Shown: positions 10,120-22,359, counted from the first letter of the stretch. The stretch: DNA of 64,000 nucleotides from Candidatus Sericytochromatia bacterium (GCA_040400605.1 JBBAPZ010000003.1:94507-158506), one strand, 5' to 3'. Numbers and translations are program-made. The notes: generated from the sequence alone by a model not told the origin.

Positions 10120-10680
10120 CTAAACTTCCAAGATCTCTTTTTCTTTGACCGCAAGCAGCTCCTCAAGCTCCCGCGTGTAGCGATCAGTTAACTTTTGCAG
10201 TTGCTCTTCCGCCCGCTTGCGCTCATCTTCAGCAATTTCACCGGACTTTTCCAGCTTCTTCAACGCATCCATTTCGTCACGACGCACATTGCGAATCGCA
10301 ACCTTACCCTCTTCAGCACTCTTTTTGGCAACCTTCACCAGGTCTTTGCGCCGATCCTCTGTCAACATCGGAATCATCAAGCGAATCGTGGTACCGTCCG
10401 TATTGGGCGTGAGACCAAGATCACTCTTCTGAATCGCCTTTTCAATGGCCGACACACTCGCACGATCGAACACCTGAATCGACAAGGTACGTGAATCCGG
10501 CACCGTCACATTCGCCATCGACTTGAGCGGCGTATCCACACCATAGTACTCAACACTGATGCGATCCAACAAAGCTGCCGAAGCCCGCCCCGTCCGCAAA
10601 CTGGCAAAATCACGCTGCGTCGCACCAATCGCCTTTTTCATGCGATCTTCCGCCGCCGCAATGACATCTTTCACGCTCAT
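10120..10680 (-). CDS. frr: Ribosome recycling factor
   Basis: [45 protein letters not shown]. Confidence 0.98.
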   Translation of the reverse strand: MSVKDVIAAAEDRMKKAIGATQRDFASLRTGRASAALLDRISVEYYGVDTPLKSMANVTVPDSRTLSIQVFDRASVSAIEKAIQKSDLGLTPNTDGTTIRLMIPMLTEDRRKDLVKVAKKSAEEGKVAIRNVRRDEMDALKKLEKSGEIAEDERKRAEEQLQKLTDRYTRELEELLAVKEKEILEV

Positions 10681-10700
10681 GGTTATTTCCCCTTATCCAT

Positions 10701-12385
<1,685 letters not shown>

Positions 12386-12528
12386 TTGAGAGCCTCCTAA
12401 AAAGTCGTTAAATATACACAATAAAGGTGTAAAACTGTCGCTTATTGTACCAGTGCAAGGGGGATCTCGCTACCCAAGCAGCGACGCATCAAGGATTGTC
12501 GCTGGGTAGCAGGTTCACTCACGGGCGC

Positions 12529-12558
12529 AAAAAAACCTGGAGCAGAATTGCTCCAGGT
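12529..12558 (-). terminator. Intrinsic terminator/attenuator between rpsB and tsf
   Basis: Stem ACCTGGAGCA-GAAT-TGCTCCAGGT followed on the minus strand by a U-run; a second hairpin lies at 12469-12510. Confidence 0.8.
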
Positions 12559-12583
12559 CACCTAAGCCACCCGGTCTTCCGAA

Positions 12584-13315
12584 TCAGGAGACCACTGCTG
12601 CCTCCGCAGTGGGAGCCGGGGCTTCGATTTGCTCACCTTGCCGACCTTCGAGAACAGCATTTGCCATGCTGCCAACGATCAGCTTGATGGCTCTAATGGC
12701 ATCATCATTCGATGGGATGATGTAGTCAACTTCATCGGGGTCACAGTTGGTGTCCACCATCCCGACAATCGGAATGCCCAACTTGCGCGCTTCTTTAATG
12801 GCAATGTGTTCCTTGCGAGGGTCAATCACGAAAATGACATCTGGACGACTACGCAAGCCCTTCAGACCGCCAAGCAATTTTTCAAGCTTGGTGATTTCCT
12901 TCTCAAGAACCGACACCTCTTTTTTCGGCAAGCGGTCAAAGGTGCCATCCAAGCGCATCGTTTCAAGTTCTTTGAGGCGCGCAATACGTTTCGCGATCGT
13001 CCCCCAGTTCGTCAGCATGCCCCCCAGCCAGCGCTGGTTAACGAAGTACTGGTTGCAGCGCAAGGCCTCCTCTTTTACAACCTCTTGCGCCTGCTTCTTC
13101 GTTCCCACAAACACGATACTCTTGCCTTCCAAGGCCGCACGACGCACGAAATCATAGGCAGTATCCAAGCGGCGGGTCGTCTGAGACAAATCAATGATAT
13201 AGATGCCATTGCGCTCACCAAAAATGAAACGCTTCATTTTGGGATTCCAACGGCGGGTCTGGTGCCCAAAGTGAACCCCCGCTTCCAACAGGGCTTTCAT
13301 CGATACAACCGGCAT
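12584..13315 (-). CDS. rpsB: 30S ribosomal protein S2
   Basis: [49 protein letters not shown]. Confidence 0.99.
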   Translation of the reverse strand: MPVVSMKALLEAGVHFGHQTRRWNPKMKRFIFGERNGIYIIDLSQTTRRLDTAYDFVRRAALEGKSIVFVGTKKQAQEVVKEEALRCNQYFVNQRWLGGMLTNWGTIAKRIARLKELETMRLDGTFDRLPKKEVSVLEKEITKLEKLLGGLKGLRSRPDVIFVIDPRKEHIAIKEARKLGIPIVGMVDTNCDPDEVDYIIPSNDDAIRAIKLIVGSMANAVLEGRQGEQIEAPAPTAEAAVVS

Positions 13316-13342
13316 GTTTATTCTCCTCGAAAAACAGAGAAA

Positions 13343-13424
13343 GGGTTAACGACCGCGCTGACCCTTGACTCCGTCTAACCTGCCTGGAGCGGGCAGGACA
13401 CCCCGGTGGCGAACAGCGCGTGCA
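13343..13424 (-). promoter_or_regulatory. S2 (t44-like) autoregulatory leader RNA
   Basis: Minus strand: CGCGCTG/CAGCGCG closing stem, CCGGGGTG element, CCTGCC/GGCAGG hairpin and downstream TAACCC, resembling rpsB leaders. Confidence 0.7.
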
Positions 13425-13457
13425 GATTTCCCCGACGCCAAAAGCACCGGGCTTTTC

Positions 13458-13486
13458 ATCATAACAGGACCTCCGGATGCCGGCAA
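13458..13486 (-). promoter_or_regulatory. Sigma70-type promoter of rpsB
   Basis: TTGCCG-17 nt-TATGAT with extended TGn. Confidence 0.6.
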
Positions 13487-13719
13487 GCTTGGAAAATGCT
13501 GGGGTGAACGTCAATGCACGCCAGCCTCCCGGCGCCTGCTTCACCACCGTGTGCCGGGCCCAACGCGGTATCTTGTGTTGGCCAAGGCAAGCGTCGCGCG
13601 TTTACGCGGCTTCACCACTCCAGTATAATGACGGGGATAAGCAGTGCATGCAGTGCCTGGGGCGTGGGCCCGGGTGCTCAAAGGGCTCAGGCCGCTTGAT
13701 GTTGTAATGAGGGATACCC

Positions 13720-15591
13720 TTGACGATGACCGCGACGATTGCACCCCAGACTTTGATTGGAGAGCGCAGTGCTTACTGTGGTCATGTCGGTGATTCGTTT
13801 ATCGGCCAGACGGTGAGCCTGTATGGATGGGTGCAGCGGCGTCGTGATCACGGGGGTGTCATTTTCGTTGATTTGCGGGATCGCGAGGGGGTCGTTCAGG
13901 TCGTGTTCGCGCCGCAGACCGCACCGGATGCACACCGTTTGGCTGATCAGCTTCGCACTGAGTTCGTGATTGGCGTGCAAGGCGTGGTCGAAGCGCGTCC
14001 GAAGGGTCAGGAAAATGCCAATCTGACAACTGGCGGCATTGAGGTATACGCGACGGAACTGGTCATTTTGAATGCGGCGCGTCCCACGCCATTTCCGATC
14101 GGCGATGAAGGTGTCGATGAGATGCTGCGTTTGCAATACCGTTATTTGGACTTACGTTCAACAAAGCTGCAAAAAGCCTTGGCGATGCGTCACAAAGTCA
14201 CGCTGGCCGTGCGGCAATTTTTGGATGCGGCGGGTTTTCTTGAGATCGAGACCCCGATTTTGACCAAGAGCACCCCTGAGGGTGCGCGCGATTACGTTGT
14301 GCCGTCGCGGGTACATCCTGGAGAATTTTTTGCGTTGCCGCAGTCCCCGCAAATTTTCAAGCAAATTTTGATGGTGGCGGGTTACGATCGTTACTTCCAG
14401 ATTGCGCGTTGTTTTCGGGATGAAGACTTGCGTGCGGACAGGCAACCGGAGTTTACCCAAATCGATATCGAGACCTCGTTTTTGACGCAAGCGCAGATTA
14501 TGGCGATTGGGGAACGGTTGATTGCGCAGCTCTTGCTTGATTTTGCCGGTGTGACACTGGCAGGGGCGGTACCGCAGTTGACTTATGCCGACGCGATGAA
14601 CCGCTATGGTTCAGACAAGCCCGACACGCGATTCGGGTTGGAGTTGGTCGATGTGAGCGAGGCGCTGCGCGGAAGTTCGTTCAAGGTGTTTGCGGATGCA
14701 CTGGGGCACGGTGGGTGTGTGAAAGCCATTTGTGTGCCAGGTGGCGCCGATATGAGTCGGGCTCAAATCGATGCGCTGGGCGATTTCGCCAAACGTTTTG
14801 GTGCCAAAGGATTGGCGTGGGTGAAGCTGCAGCCGGTGACGGATGGGCAGAAAGTGGATGACCCCAACACCAAGGTCGTGCGTTACGCGATCGCAGACAC
14901 AACGATTGACGCGGCGTTCAGTTCGACGGTCATGAAGTTCATTTCCGGTGATGAGGCGGCTGCGATCGGGCGCGCGACGGGCGCAAAACCGGGTGACTTG
15001 TTGTTGTTTGCCGCTGATCAACTGCGGGTGGTTCAGGAGGTGTTGGGGCGACTGCGTCTCAAACTCGGTCAAGACCTCAGTTTGATCGATCACAGCTTGT
15101 TTCATTTGCTCTGGGTCGTCGACTTCCCGATGTTTGAGTGGAACGCGGACGAAAACCGCTGGGACTCGCTGCATCACCCGTTCACATCGCCACTTGACTC
15201 AGACCTCGCGTTGTTGGAGTCGGATCCCGGGCAATGTCGCGCCAAAGCTTACGACCTCGTTTTGAACGGCACGGAGTTGGGTGGCGGTTCGGTCAGAATT
15301 CATCAACGCGGGGTGCAAAACCGAGTCTTCCAAATGTTGGGTCTATCAGATGATGAAATCCAAAACAAGTTTGGCTTCTTGCTGGAGGCGTTCGATTATG
15401 GCGCCCCTCCCCACGGTGGATTGGCGTTTGGTCTGGATCGTCTGGTGATGCTTTTGAGTGGCTGCGATTCAATCCGCGAAGTCATCGCTTTTCCAAAAAC
15501 CCAATCAGCCACGGACTTGATGGTCCAAGCGCCGAGCGCGATTCATGCGCGTCAATTGAAAGAATTGCATATCCGGACCGTCAGCACCTGA
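13720..15591 (+). CDS. aspS: Aspartate--tRNA ligase (probably non-discriminating)
   Basis: GWVQRRRDHGG, STPEGARDY, LPQSPQ, FRDEDLRADRQPEFTQ, HHPFT, GAPPHGG; TATAAT at 13624. Confidence 0.97.
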   Translation: MTMTATIAPQTLIGERSAYCGHVGDSFIGQTVSLYGWVQRRRDHGGVIFVDLRDREGVVQVVFAPQTAPDAHRLADQLRTEFVIGVQGVVEARPKGQENANLTTGGIEVYATELVILNAARPTPFPIGDEGVDEMLRLQYRYLDLRSTKLQKALAMRHKVTLAVRQFLDAAGFLEIETPILTKSTPEGARDYVVPSRVHPGEFFALPQSPQIFKQILMVAGYDRYFQIARCFRDEDLRADRQPEFTQIDIETSFLTQAQIMAIGERLIAQLLLDFAGVTLAGAVPQLTYADAMNRYGSDKPDTRFGLELVDVSEALRGSSFKVFADALGHGGCVKAICVPGGADMSRAQIDALGDFAKRFGAKGLAWVKLQPVTDGQKVDDPNTKVVRYAIADTTIDAAFSSTVMKFISGDEAAAIGRATGAKPGDLLLFAADQLRVVQEVLGRLRLKLGQDLSLIDHSLFHLLWVVDFPMFEWNADENRWDSLHHPFTSPLDSDLALLESDPGQCRAKAYDLVLNGTELGGGSVRIHQRGVQNRVFQMLGLSDDEIQNKFGFLLEAFDYGAPPHGGLAFGLDRLVMLLSGCDSIREVIAFPKTQSATDLMVQAPSAIHARQLKELHIRTVST

Positions 15592-15633
15592 GTGTCGGGT
15601 GACGACGAGCCTTGAAACGGAGACCTGTACACG

Positions 15634-16812
15634 ATGGAGTTTAGTCGGGAGACACTATTCCCCCGTGCGTCGTCTTCGATTAAGCGCCACTTGAATGTCG
15701 CCCGACCGATGGTGCTTTTGGTGACAGGTGTCTTTCTGTTGCAAGCCTGTTTGACGGCGGGTGCGTCAGCGGCAACCGCAAAACGTCAACCCGAGTTGTC
15801 CGAAGTGCTAAAGCTGGCTGCTCAAGGACAACGGGGTATGCGGTTCCTGGCCGAGCGTGTGCAACGGGTGGTCAGACAGGACATGGTGTTGGATGCGCGG
15901 GCCCGCATACACTATCAGGATGCCCGCAATTATCAGATCACGCTTCAGGCACCAAACACCATCAAAGGGTTACATCTGGGCATCGACAACGATGCGTTAT
16001 CTGCATTTTTTCCTTCCGAGACCTTGTTGTTTCAAAATGACATCGCAGCGGGTGCTGAAGAGGTGAAAGATTTGGTTATGGGTCGGGTCTTAAGCAATCC
16101 GGAGGGATTGTCGCGTCATTACCGTCTGACACTGGCGCCTGAAACGGACATCGTGGCATTGTATCCGTGTTTCAAACTGACTGTTGAGCCTGTGGGCGGC
16201 TTGGGTGCAAATACACCGCCTGGATATCGCTTGTGGATTGCGCAAGAAACTGGCTTGGTCATGAAAGAGGAGCGTTACTGGACAGCGGATGGTGAGGCCT
16301 ATTTCACCAGTCACTATGACAGCTTGTCACTGCGCGGACGGCCACTCGCCAAACAAAACTATCCCAAAGAGGTGTCACGTTTAAAACTCAAAGCGCGTAC
16401 CCCCACGAGCCTGCTGCGTTTTGGCAGCGTGGCGGCCGCACAGCAGGCGGGGTATCAGGTTGCGGTGCCGTCACTGGTGCCTGTGGGGTTTGAGTTGCGC
16501 GCGATCGATGTGATGTCGCTGTATGGCACGGATATTGTACTTTTGCGTTATGATGACGGCTTGAGCAATCTGGTGGTGACCTATCGACCCAAGCCCAACA
16601 TCTTTTTAACGTTGGTAGCGGGTGCGTTCGCATTGAATTTGGTCGACAAAATCAGCGCCCTTTCTTACCACGCCCCTAACAACTATGCTGTCGTTGAGAA
16701 AGGCAACCATCTCATCTACACCTACGGCGACCTCTGGCAAGAACGTTTAACCGAAATAGCCCAAAGTGTGAGCATACCAGAGGGAACCAGCAGTGTTTCA
16801 AAGGGCAGTTAA
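15634..16812 (+). CDS. MucB/RseB (LolA-fold)-like exported protein
   Basis: Signal-like N-terminus, IVALYPCFKLTVEP, RLWIAQETGLVMKEE, PSLVPVGFEL, LRYDDGLS. Confidence 0.65.
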   Translation: MEFSRETLFPRASSSIKRHLNVARPMVLLVTGVFLLQACLTAGASAATAKRQPELSEVLKLAAQGQRGMRFLAERVQRVVRQDMVLDARARIHYQDARNYQITLQAPNTIKGLHLGIDNDALSAFFPSETLLFQNDIAAGAEEVKDLVMGRVLSNPEGLSRHYRLTLAPETDIVALYPCFKLTVEPVGGLGANTPPGYRLWIAQETGLVMKEERYWTADGEAYFTSHYDSLSLRGRPLAKQNYPKEVSRLKLKARTPTSLLRFGSVAAAQQAGYQVAVPSLVPVGFELRAIDVMSLYGTDIVLLRYDDGLSNLVVTYRPKPNIFLTLVAGAFALNLVDKISALSYHAPNNYAVVEKGNHLIYTYGDLWQERLTEIAQSVSIPEGTSSVSKGS

Positions 16813-16815
16813 CCG

Positions 16816-17733
16816 TTGACGAACTCCGTCGTGGTATCGCAGCGACGCGCGCGACAACCGGCTGTAACGGGGCGTTCGCTGTTTGGGTCATTCGTTGCCC
16901 ACGGCACCTTGATTGGCTTGCTTTATCTTGGCATCGGATCAACCCGCAAGGCGGACGCGCCAAGCCAACCACCAATTGCCATCACCTTGCCGGCAATGAG
17001 TATGCGCCCCGTGCCAAGACCAGCCATCACGCCTCGTGGCGACTTGCCTGTGCGATCCCGCCAAACACCGACACCCCAACCCAGCGCAAGGACCTCGCCA
17101 AAACCCCAGGTCACGCCTACCCCCACAAAGCGGGTAACAAGCCCGTCACCCCCGCGTGTCTTGCCAACCCCTACCCGGAGCATCCATCCGACGGTGCCGG
17201 CTCCGAACGAGGCGGAGCGTGCGGAGTTTCAGGTGATGCGAAGCATTCCCTATTTCGCCCGAATGAGTGATGACGAACTACGGCAACAGCGCATTCCACC
17301 TGGCATGCGCTCTTGGCGCGAGGTCGTATTGATGGGCAAGCGCCTCGATGCGTTGAATTGGCTGTTTTTGCCGCCCGAAACCGTCCGGCCAAGCGACGTG
17401 CCGCCAGCGCCGGCAAGTCCACTACCGTCGGATTTAATACCGGAGAATTGGCCTTCACCGATCGCCAGCCGTGACGCCGACGGATCGGAAACCGTGCGTT
17501 TCGCCGTCGCGGAAGGCTGGCTTGTTGCGCGATGGCAAGCGGGTGCGAGTGTGATTACCGTGAGTTTGGAGATACCGAACGCAGATACGCCACGGGTGGT
17601 CTACGAGGTGCCGTTTGGTGAAGACACGACGCAATTGGCAGAGGCGATCGCACGTGGTTATCTACAAGCAATCACATCCCCCGCGCCAACCCCGACACAG
17701 GCATCACCCACACCGTCACAAAGCCCGCCCTGA
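16816..17733 (+). CDS. Membrane-anchored Pro/Thr-rich hypothetical protein (TonB-like N-terminus)
   Basis: SFVAHGTLIGLL anchor followed by a PT-rich linker; 3 nt from the upstream stop. Confidence 0.6.
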   Translation: MTNSVVVSQRRARQPAVTGRSLFGSFVAHGTLIGLLYLGIGSTRKADAPSQPPIAITLPAMSMRPVPRPAITPRGDLPVRSRQTPTPQPSARTSPKPQVTPTPTKRVTSPSPPRVLPTPTRSIHPTVPAPNEAERAEFQVMRSIPYFARMSDDELRQQRIPPGMRSWREVVLMGKRLDALNWLFLPPETVRPSDVPPAPASPLPSDLIPENWPSPIASRDADGSETVRFAVAEGWLVARWQAGASVITVSLEIPNADTPRVVYEVPFGEDTTQLAEAIARGYLQAITSPAPTPTQASPTPSQSPP

Positions 17734-17797
17734 AAACCAGGATACAGTCACCTTTGTTCAAAATTTGTGTCGCAAACTCAACAACATCAGGCACGGT

Positions 17798-20503
17798 TCA
17801 AACGCGCGTTGAGCCCGACGTGACGCGGGCGCGTAGCCGTTTTTCCAGTTCGACCAAACCAAAGACGAGCCCGCCGATACCGACTGCCGCTAACCAATCC
17901 CACAGCCCAAGGGGTGTCGTCGTAAACATATGCTGAAACGGCGGCACATAAATAAAAGCAATTTGCGCGAGCATAACGATACCGATGCCCAGACGAATGA
18001 CCGGTGTTGCCCATACAGCCTGCCAGTTGAGCCTGTCAGAAGGTGCGAGCCGAACACTGAGCAAATAGCCAATTTCCATGCAAACAATCGTGTGTACCAC
18101 CAACGTGCGGGCATGATCCAGATTTCCGGTCAAGGTCAATACACCGAAAAACACTGAAAATGCTCCGATACTGAACAACACGCACAATAGCAACACTTGC
18201 CCCATCAAGCGACGATCCAGCAAAGGAGCGCCAATCGCCCGCGGTGGACGCGACATGACGTTACTTGCAGCAGGGTCCAGCACCAACGTCAGACCCAGTG
18301 CCACCGAGGTGATGAGGTTGATCCACAATATCTGCACCGGCGTGACGGGCAAATGGAAACCGAGGAACAGCGCCGCGAGAATGGCAACCGCTTCACCCCC
18401 ATTGGTTGGCAGGGTCCAGGCGATCACTTTCGTGATGTTGTCGTACACCGTTCGGCCTTCACGCACGGCATCGACAATCGATGCAAAATTATCGTCCGCC
18501 AACACCATTTGCGAGGCTTCCTTGGCAACTTCCGTGCCGTTGATGCCCATCGCAACCCCGACATCGGCGCGTTTGAGTGCCGGTGCATCGTTGACGCCAT
18601 CACCTGTCATGGCAACCACCGAACCATCCGACTGCAAGGCTTCGACCAAACGCAGTTTGTGCTCGGGCGTAGTACGAGCGAACACATCGGTTGTGCGGGC
18701 TTTTAAAACCATCTCATCACTGGTGAGGTGATCCAGTTCGGCGCCGACCAGGACGACCGGGGTATCTGCCATACCGAGTTGCCGGGCGATCGCCGCAGCC
18801 GTGACGGCGTGATCACCGGTAATCATCTTGACCTTGATTCCGGCTCGTTGACACTCGGCGATCGCCAATCTGGCCGCCTCACGCGGGGGGTCGATCAACC
18901 CAACCAACCCCAACAAGGTCAACCCTTGCGGACCATCAACCGGCGCATCATCACGTGCAAATGATGCGACACCATCCCGTTCGTGTCCACTAGCCAAAGC
19001 AAGCACCCGCAAACCACGAGCGGCCAATTGATGGGTTCGTTGCAACCACTCGGCGGGTTCGAAATCGACAAAACCATCTGGCACAGCCACACGAGCCACC
19101 ATCTGAAACACCCGTTCCGGAGCCCCCTTGACCATCACATCCGGGGTATCACCGACGCATGCGTGCCGGGTCAACATGAATTGTCTTTCACCATCAAACG
19201 GAATCTCCTGGATGCGCGGGTGTTGAGCACGCACCGTATCAGGCTCCAAGCCAGCCTTGCGCGCGAAAGCAATCAATGCCGCTTCCGTTGGGTCACCATG
19301 CGCCACCCACTCGCCGTCGCGCAACGCCACATCCGCGTCGTTACACAAAACAGCAGCCCGCGCAAGCGCTTGCACCAACCGGTCATCCTCCGAAACCGAG
19401 GCCCCCTCAGGCAACAACGCACCCACGGGACCATAACCAGTACCTTCAACCGTATAGGTGCTGGCGTGAACAGCAACCGCCTGCACCATCATTTCATTCC
19501 GGGTCAAGGTACCCGTCTTGTCTGAACAAATGGTTGACACAGACCCCAATGTCTCAACAGCGGGCAATACCCGAACAATGGCCTGCCGCGCCGCCATGCG
19601 CTGCACCCCCACAGCCAACGTGATGGTAACGACCGCCGGCAAGCCTTCGGGAATGGCAGCCACCGCAAGGCCAACCACCATCATGAATGCATCTGCCCAT
19701 GAGTAATGACGGACACCAACTGCGAACAGGAAAATCAAGACCGAAGCCAAAAGAATAAATCCCGTGATGCGGGTGGCAAATTGGTTCAATTGGCGTGTCA
19801 ACGGGGTTTGCAGTTCCACCACTTCACCAATCAGACGGTTGATTCGCCCCAGTTCGGTATCATTGGCAGTTGCTACCACAATCCCCACAGCCGTGCCTGC
19901 AACGACCAACGTGCCGGAATAGGCCATCCCGGTGCGATCGCCCAAAGGCGCCTCTGCGGAAACCAGCGCCGGATTCTTGCTGGCTACCAACGATTCACCC
20001 GTCAGGATTGCTTCATCAATACGCAGTTGATGCGTTTCGACCAAGCGCAAATCCGCAGGAACACGATCACCCGCGGCAAGCAACACCCGATCCCCTGGCA
20101 CCAGTTGCCAAGCAGCAACACCCAGCCGATGATTGTCTCGCCACACGGTCGCTTGGGGATCAATCATCCGTCGAATCGCTTCTAGCGAATTCTCCGCTCG
20201 TCCTTCCTGAATCACGCCAATCACGGCATTCAAAAAAACCACCGCCAAAATGACACCCGTATCCACCCAATGCGACAAAAAACCCGAGACGGCACTCGAT
20301 GCAAACAAGGCATAAATCAAAGGGTTCTGAAACTGCCTCACAAAACGCGTCAACCAACCGACACCTTGCCGTCCAACCATCCGGTTCAAGCCGTAGCGCT
20401 GCAACCGCGACGCGACTTCTTCAGCACCCAGGCCTTCAATAGGGGTCTTCCAAATGCGCGTCACATCATCGGCAGCCAAGGCATGCCAAGCATGTTGTTC
20501 CAT
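17798..20503 (-). CDS. Cation-transporting P-type ATPase (type II)
   Basis: TGES, AAIPEGLP, CSDKTGTLT, KGAPE, MITGD, MTGDGVNDAPALK. Confidence 0.96.
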   Translation of the reverse strand: MEQHAWHALAADDVTRIWKTPIEGLGAEEVASRLQRYGLNRMVGRQGVGWLTRFVRQFQNPLIYALFASSAVSGFLSHWVDTGVILAVVFLNAVIGVIQEGRAENSLEAIRRMIDPQATVWRDNHRLGVAAWQLVPGDRVLLAAGDRVPADLRLVETHQLRIDEAILTGESLVASKNPALVSAEAPLGDRTGMAYSGTLVVAGTAVGIVVATANDTELGRINRLIGEVVELQTPLTRQLNQFATRITGFILLASVLIFLFAVGVRHYSWADAFMMVVGLAVAAIPEGLPAVVTITLAVGVQRMAARQAIVRVLPAVETLGSVSTICSDKTGTLTRNEMMVQAVAVHASTYTVEGTGYGPVGALLPEGASVSEDDRLVQALARAAVLCNDADVALRDGEWVAHGDPTEAALIAFARKAGLEPDTVRAQHPRIQEIPFDGERQFMLTRHACVGDTPDVMVKGAPERVFQMVARVAVPDGFVDFEPAEWLQRTHQLAARGLRVLALASGHERDGVASFARDDAPVDGPQGLTLLGLVGLIDPPREAARLAIAECQRAGIKVKMITGDHAVTAAAIARQLGMADTPVVLVGAELDHLTSDEMVLKARTTDVFARTTPEHKLRLVEALQSDGSVVAMTGDGVNDAPALKRADVGVAMGINGTEVAKEASQMVLADDNFASIVDAVREGRTVYDNITKVIAWTLPTNGGEAVAILAALFLGFHLPVTPVQILWINLITSVALGLTLVLDPAASNVMSRPPRAIGAPLLDRRLMGQVLLLCVLFSIGAFSVFFGVLTLTGNLDHARTLVVHTIVCMEIGYLLSVRLAPSDRLNWQAVWATPVIRLGIGIVMLAQIAFIYVPPFQHMFTTTPLGLWDWLAAVGIGGLVFGLVELEKRLRARVTSGSTRV

Positions 20504-20599
20504 CGCTGATGACTCTCCCTCCTCTATACAAGCGGGCACGCTATGCTACCATACGCGACATCCAGGCGAACCCGCGTCCTGATGCCACACTCACCCACC

Positions 20600-20880
20600 A
20601 GCGCGACACCATTGTTCGAGACGCCATCAAATCAATCACGATTTGAAACAACGTTGTCATGCTTGTTTGAGTGTTCCGCGCCTGCAAACCGGCTTTAGGG
20701 CGTTTTATGGATCGAATCGATTCAGGTAACAAGGCTGTGACTGAATTGCCGAACTTTCCTGCCGTGACCTGCCGATTGCCCGTTCAACAGGTCGTGAAAC
20801 AAAAAAATGCAGCAAAAGAGGGTATGCTTCCTGTTTCAGCATACCCGACCCCGAAACCGAAACGGGCTGTCCCGTGAATC
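20600..20880 (-). repeat. Two tandem diverged units (period ~167 nt) of the dispersed repeat
   Basis: CGTTTTATGGATCGAATC (20701-18) vs CGTTTTGTGGATCGGATC (46201-18); ATGCTTGTTTG at 20659 and 46160; 20779-20800 vs 46112-46133 match 17/22. Confidence 0.75.
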
Positions 20881-20904
20881 ATACCTAGTTCGGCAATACA
20901 GCGC

Positions 20905-22263
20905 CTACTTGATTTCGCGTATATTGTCCGGTGAACGCTCAAATGAGCGCAAACTGGGCCGCTTCGACGGTACAGGCCTGACATCTTGCACACGCAATGA
21001 AATGCCCACCGTACGCGAGCCACGCATGGGCCCCGATGGTTCCTGTAAAATGGCGCCATCAACCAATTCGAGCCCCAACGTCCGAATGCCGGATCCTCGC
21101 GGCATAACAAAGCGGGTCGTAAAAATGCCATCATTGGCGCTGCGATCCGGCATTCGGCCATCATCACGCAACGCAACTTTTGCCCGATCGCCCATTCCCA
21201 CCAAATGCGCAAACACAACCAGACGCTTCGGCAGATTCACCGGAGGCATCAACTGCGCCTCAATCCGCAACGGTTGACCCGCGCGCGATACAGGCAAAGC
21301 ATCTGCGCGCAAGGGCAAGAATGGCGCCTCTTGTACCAGCAAGGGCTCCTGGGCGTCTCCCTCATACATACGCACCGCCCGCAACTGCCACGGCAACGCC
21401 TCTGTATCTGACTGCAGTTCAATGGCTCCAACACTGACCAGTTGCCAGCGCTTGCGATCCGCTGCACGCGCAACCAACAAGACCCGCTGGAAAACCTCTT
21501 CATAGCGTCGTTTTTGCATACTGGCACCCGCTTGGGGACGCCACGTGATGACACCGCGACTGATATAGCGCACGACGACTTCCGCGCGATCGCCGGCACG
21601 ACACGTCAGCTCATCCGGGGGACAAGCCACGCGCCTGATTCGGATCTGCGCACCACTCCGTGCCTCCCGCTTTCGATTGAACGCGTCAGGTTCAGTCGGA
21701 ACAACGGCTTCCATCACCGGCAAGGTCCCGGGAGCGCCCGGAGATGGGGCACTTCCCCCCGCCCGCGTGAGCGCGTCTTGGTCCAACACAGGTGGGCGTG
21801 GCGTCGCTATCGCGATTTGCGGTTCGCTTTGCTGGGCACGCACACCAACAGACGTGGCTGCTTCTCCTAGCACACGGTACAAAATCACACCGCCATCGTG
21901 AATGAGATCTGACGGCAGCAAAGCCTGCAACTCAGTCGAATCAAGCAACGCCTGTATCGCGTCATTGTCCGCAGTGTCCAGATCGGAATCCAAACTGGCA
22001 GCAGCCAACGGCACAAGACTTGGCACAGGCAGCGCCGCTGTGGGCGAAACAGCGATCGCAGGCGATCCCGATGCCAGCGGCGAAGGCTCGTCGCCCTCAC
22101 CCGATGCAGGCGTTCCGGAACCCGTTGGTTTAACGACGCGACCCGACACCGACGATTCCTGCGGCGTTAAAACCGGCTGTGAACACGCCGCGAGCAGCAA
22201 AGCCCAAGGCAACGCGGAACGGATCAACAACGAACAAGAAAGGGCGTGGGCGATCCGGCGCAT
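20905..22263 (-). CDS. Lipoprotein with C-terminal choice-of-anchor-X-like motif
   Basis: Lipobox LAAC, S/P-rich linker, LRDDGRMPDRSANDGIFT. Confidence 0.7.
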   Translation of the reverse strand: MRRIAHALSCSLLIRSALPWALLLAACSQPVLTPQESSVSGRVVKPTGSGTPASGEGDEPSPLASGSPAIAVSPTAALPVPSLVPLAAASLDSDLDTADNDAIQALLDSTELQALLPSDLIHDGGVILYRVLGEAATSVGVRAQQSEPQIAIATPRPPVLDQDALTRAGGSAPSPGAPGTLPVMEAVVPTEPDAFNRKREARSGAQIRIRRVACPPDELTCRAGDRAEVVVRYISRGVITWRPQAGASMQKRRYEEVFQRVLLVARAADRKRWQLVSVGAIELQSDTEALPWQLRAVRMYEGDAQEPLLVQEAPFLPLRADALPVSRAGQPLRIEAQLMPPVNLPKRLVVFAHLVGMGDRAKVALRDDGRMPDRSANDGIFTTRFVMPRGSGIRTLGLELVDGAILQEPSGPMRGSRTVGISLRVQDVRPVPSKRPSLRSFERSPDNIREIK

Positions 22264-22359
22264 CGACGTACCTCAAAACCAGCAAGCTTGAACAATTGGA
22301 TGTTACAGTTGCGGGATAACACAGATGATGACACACCTAAAAATCACTGTACCCGTTTT

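Noticed and set aside
13630..13719. GC-rich hairpins in the aspS leader as T-box or riboswitch
   Set aside because: Too short, with no T-box sequence or terminator; no known motif recognised.
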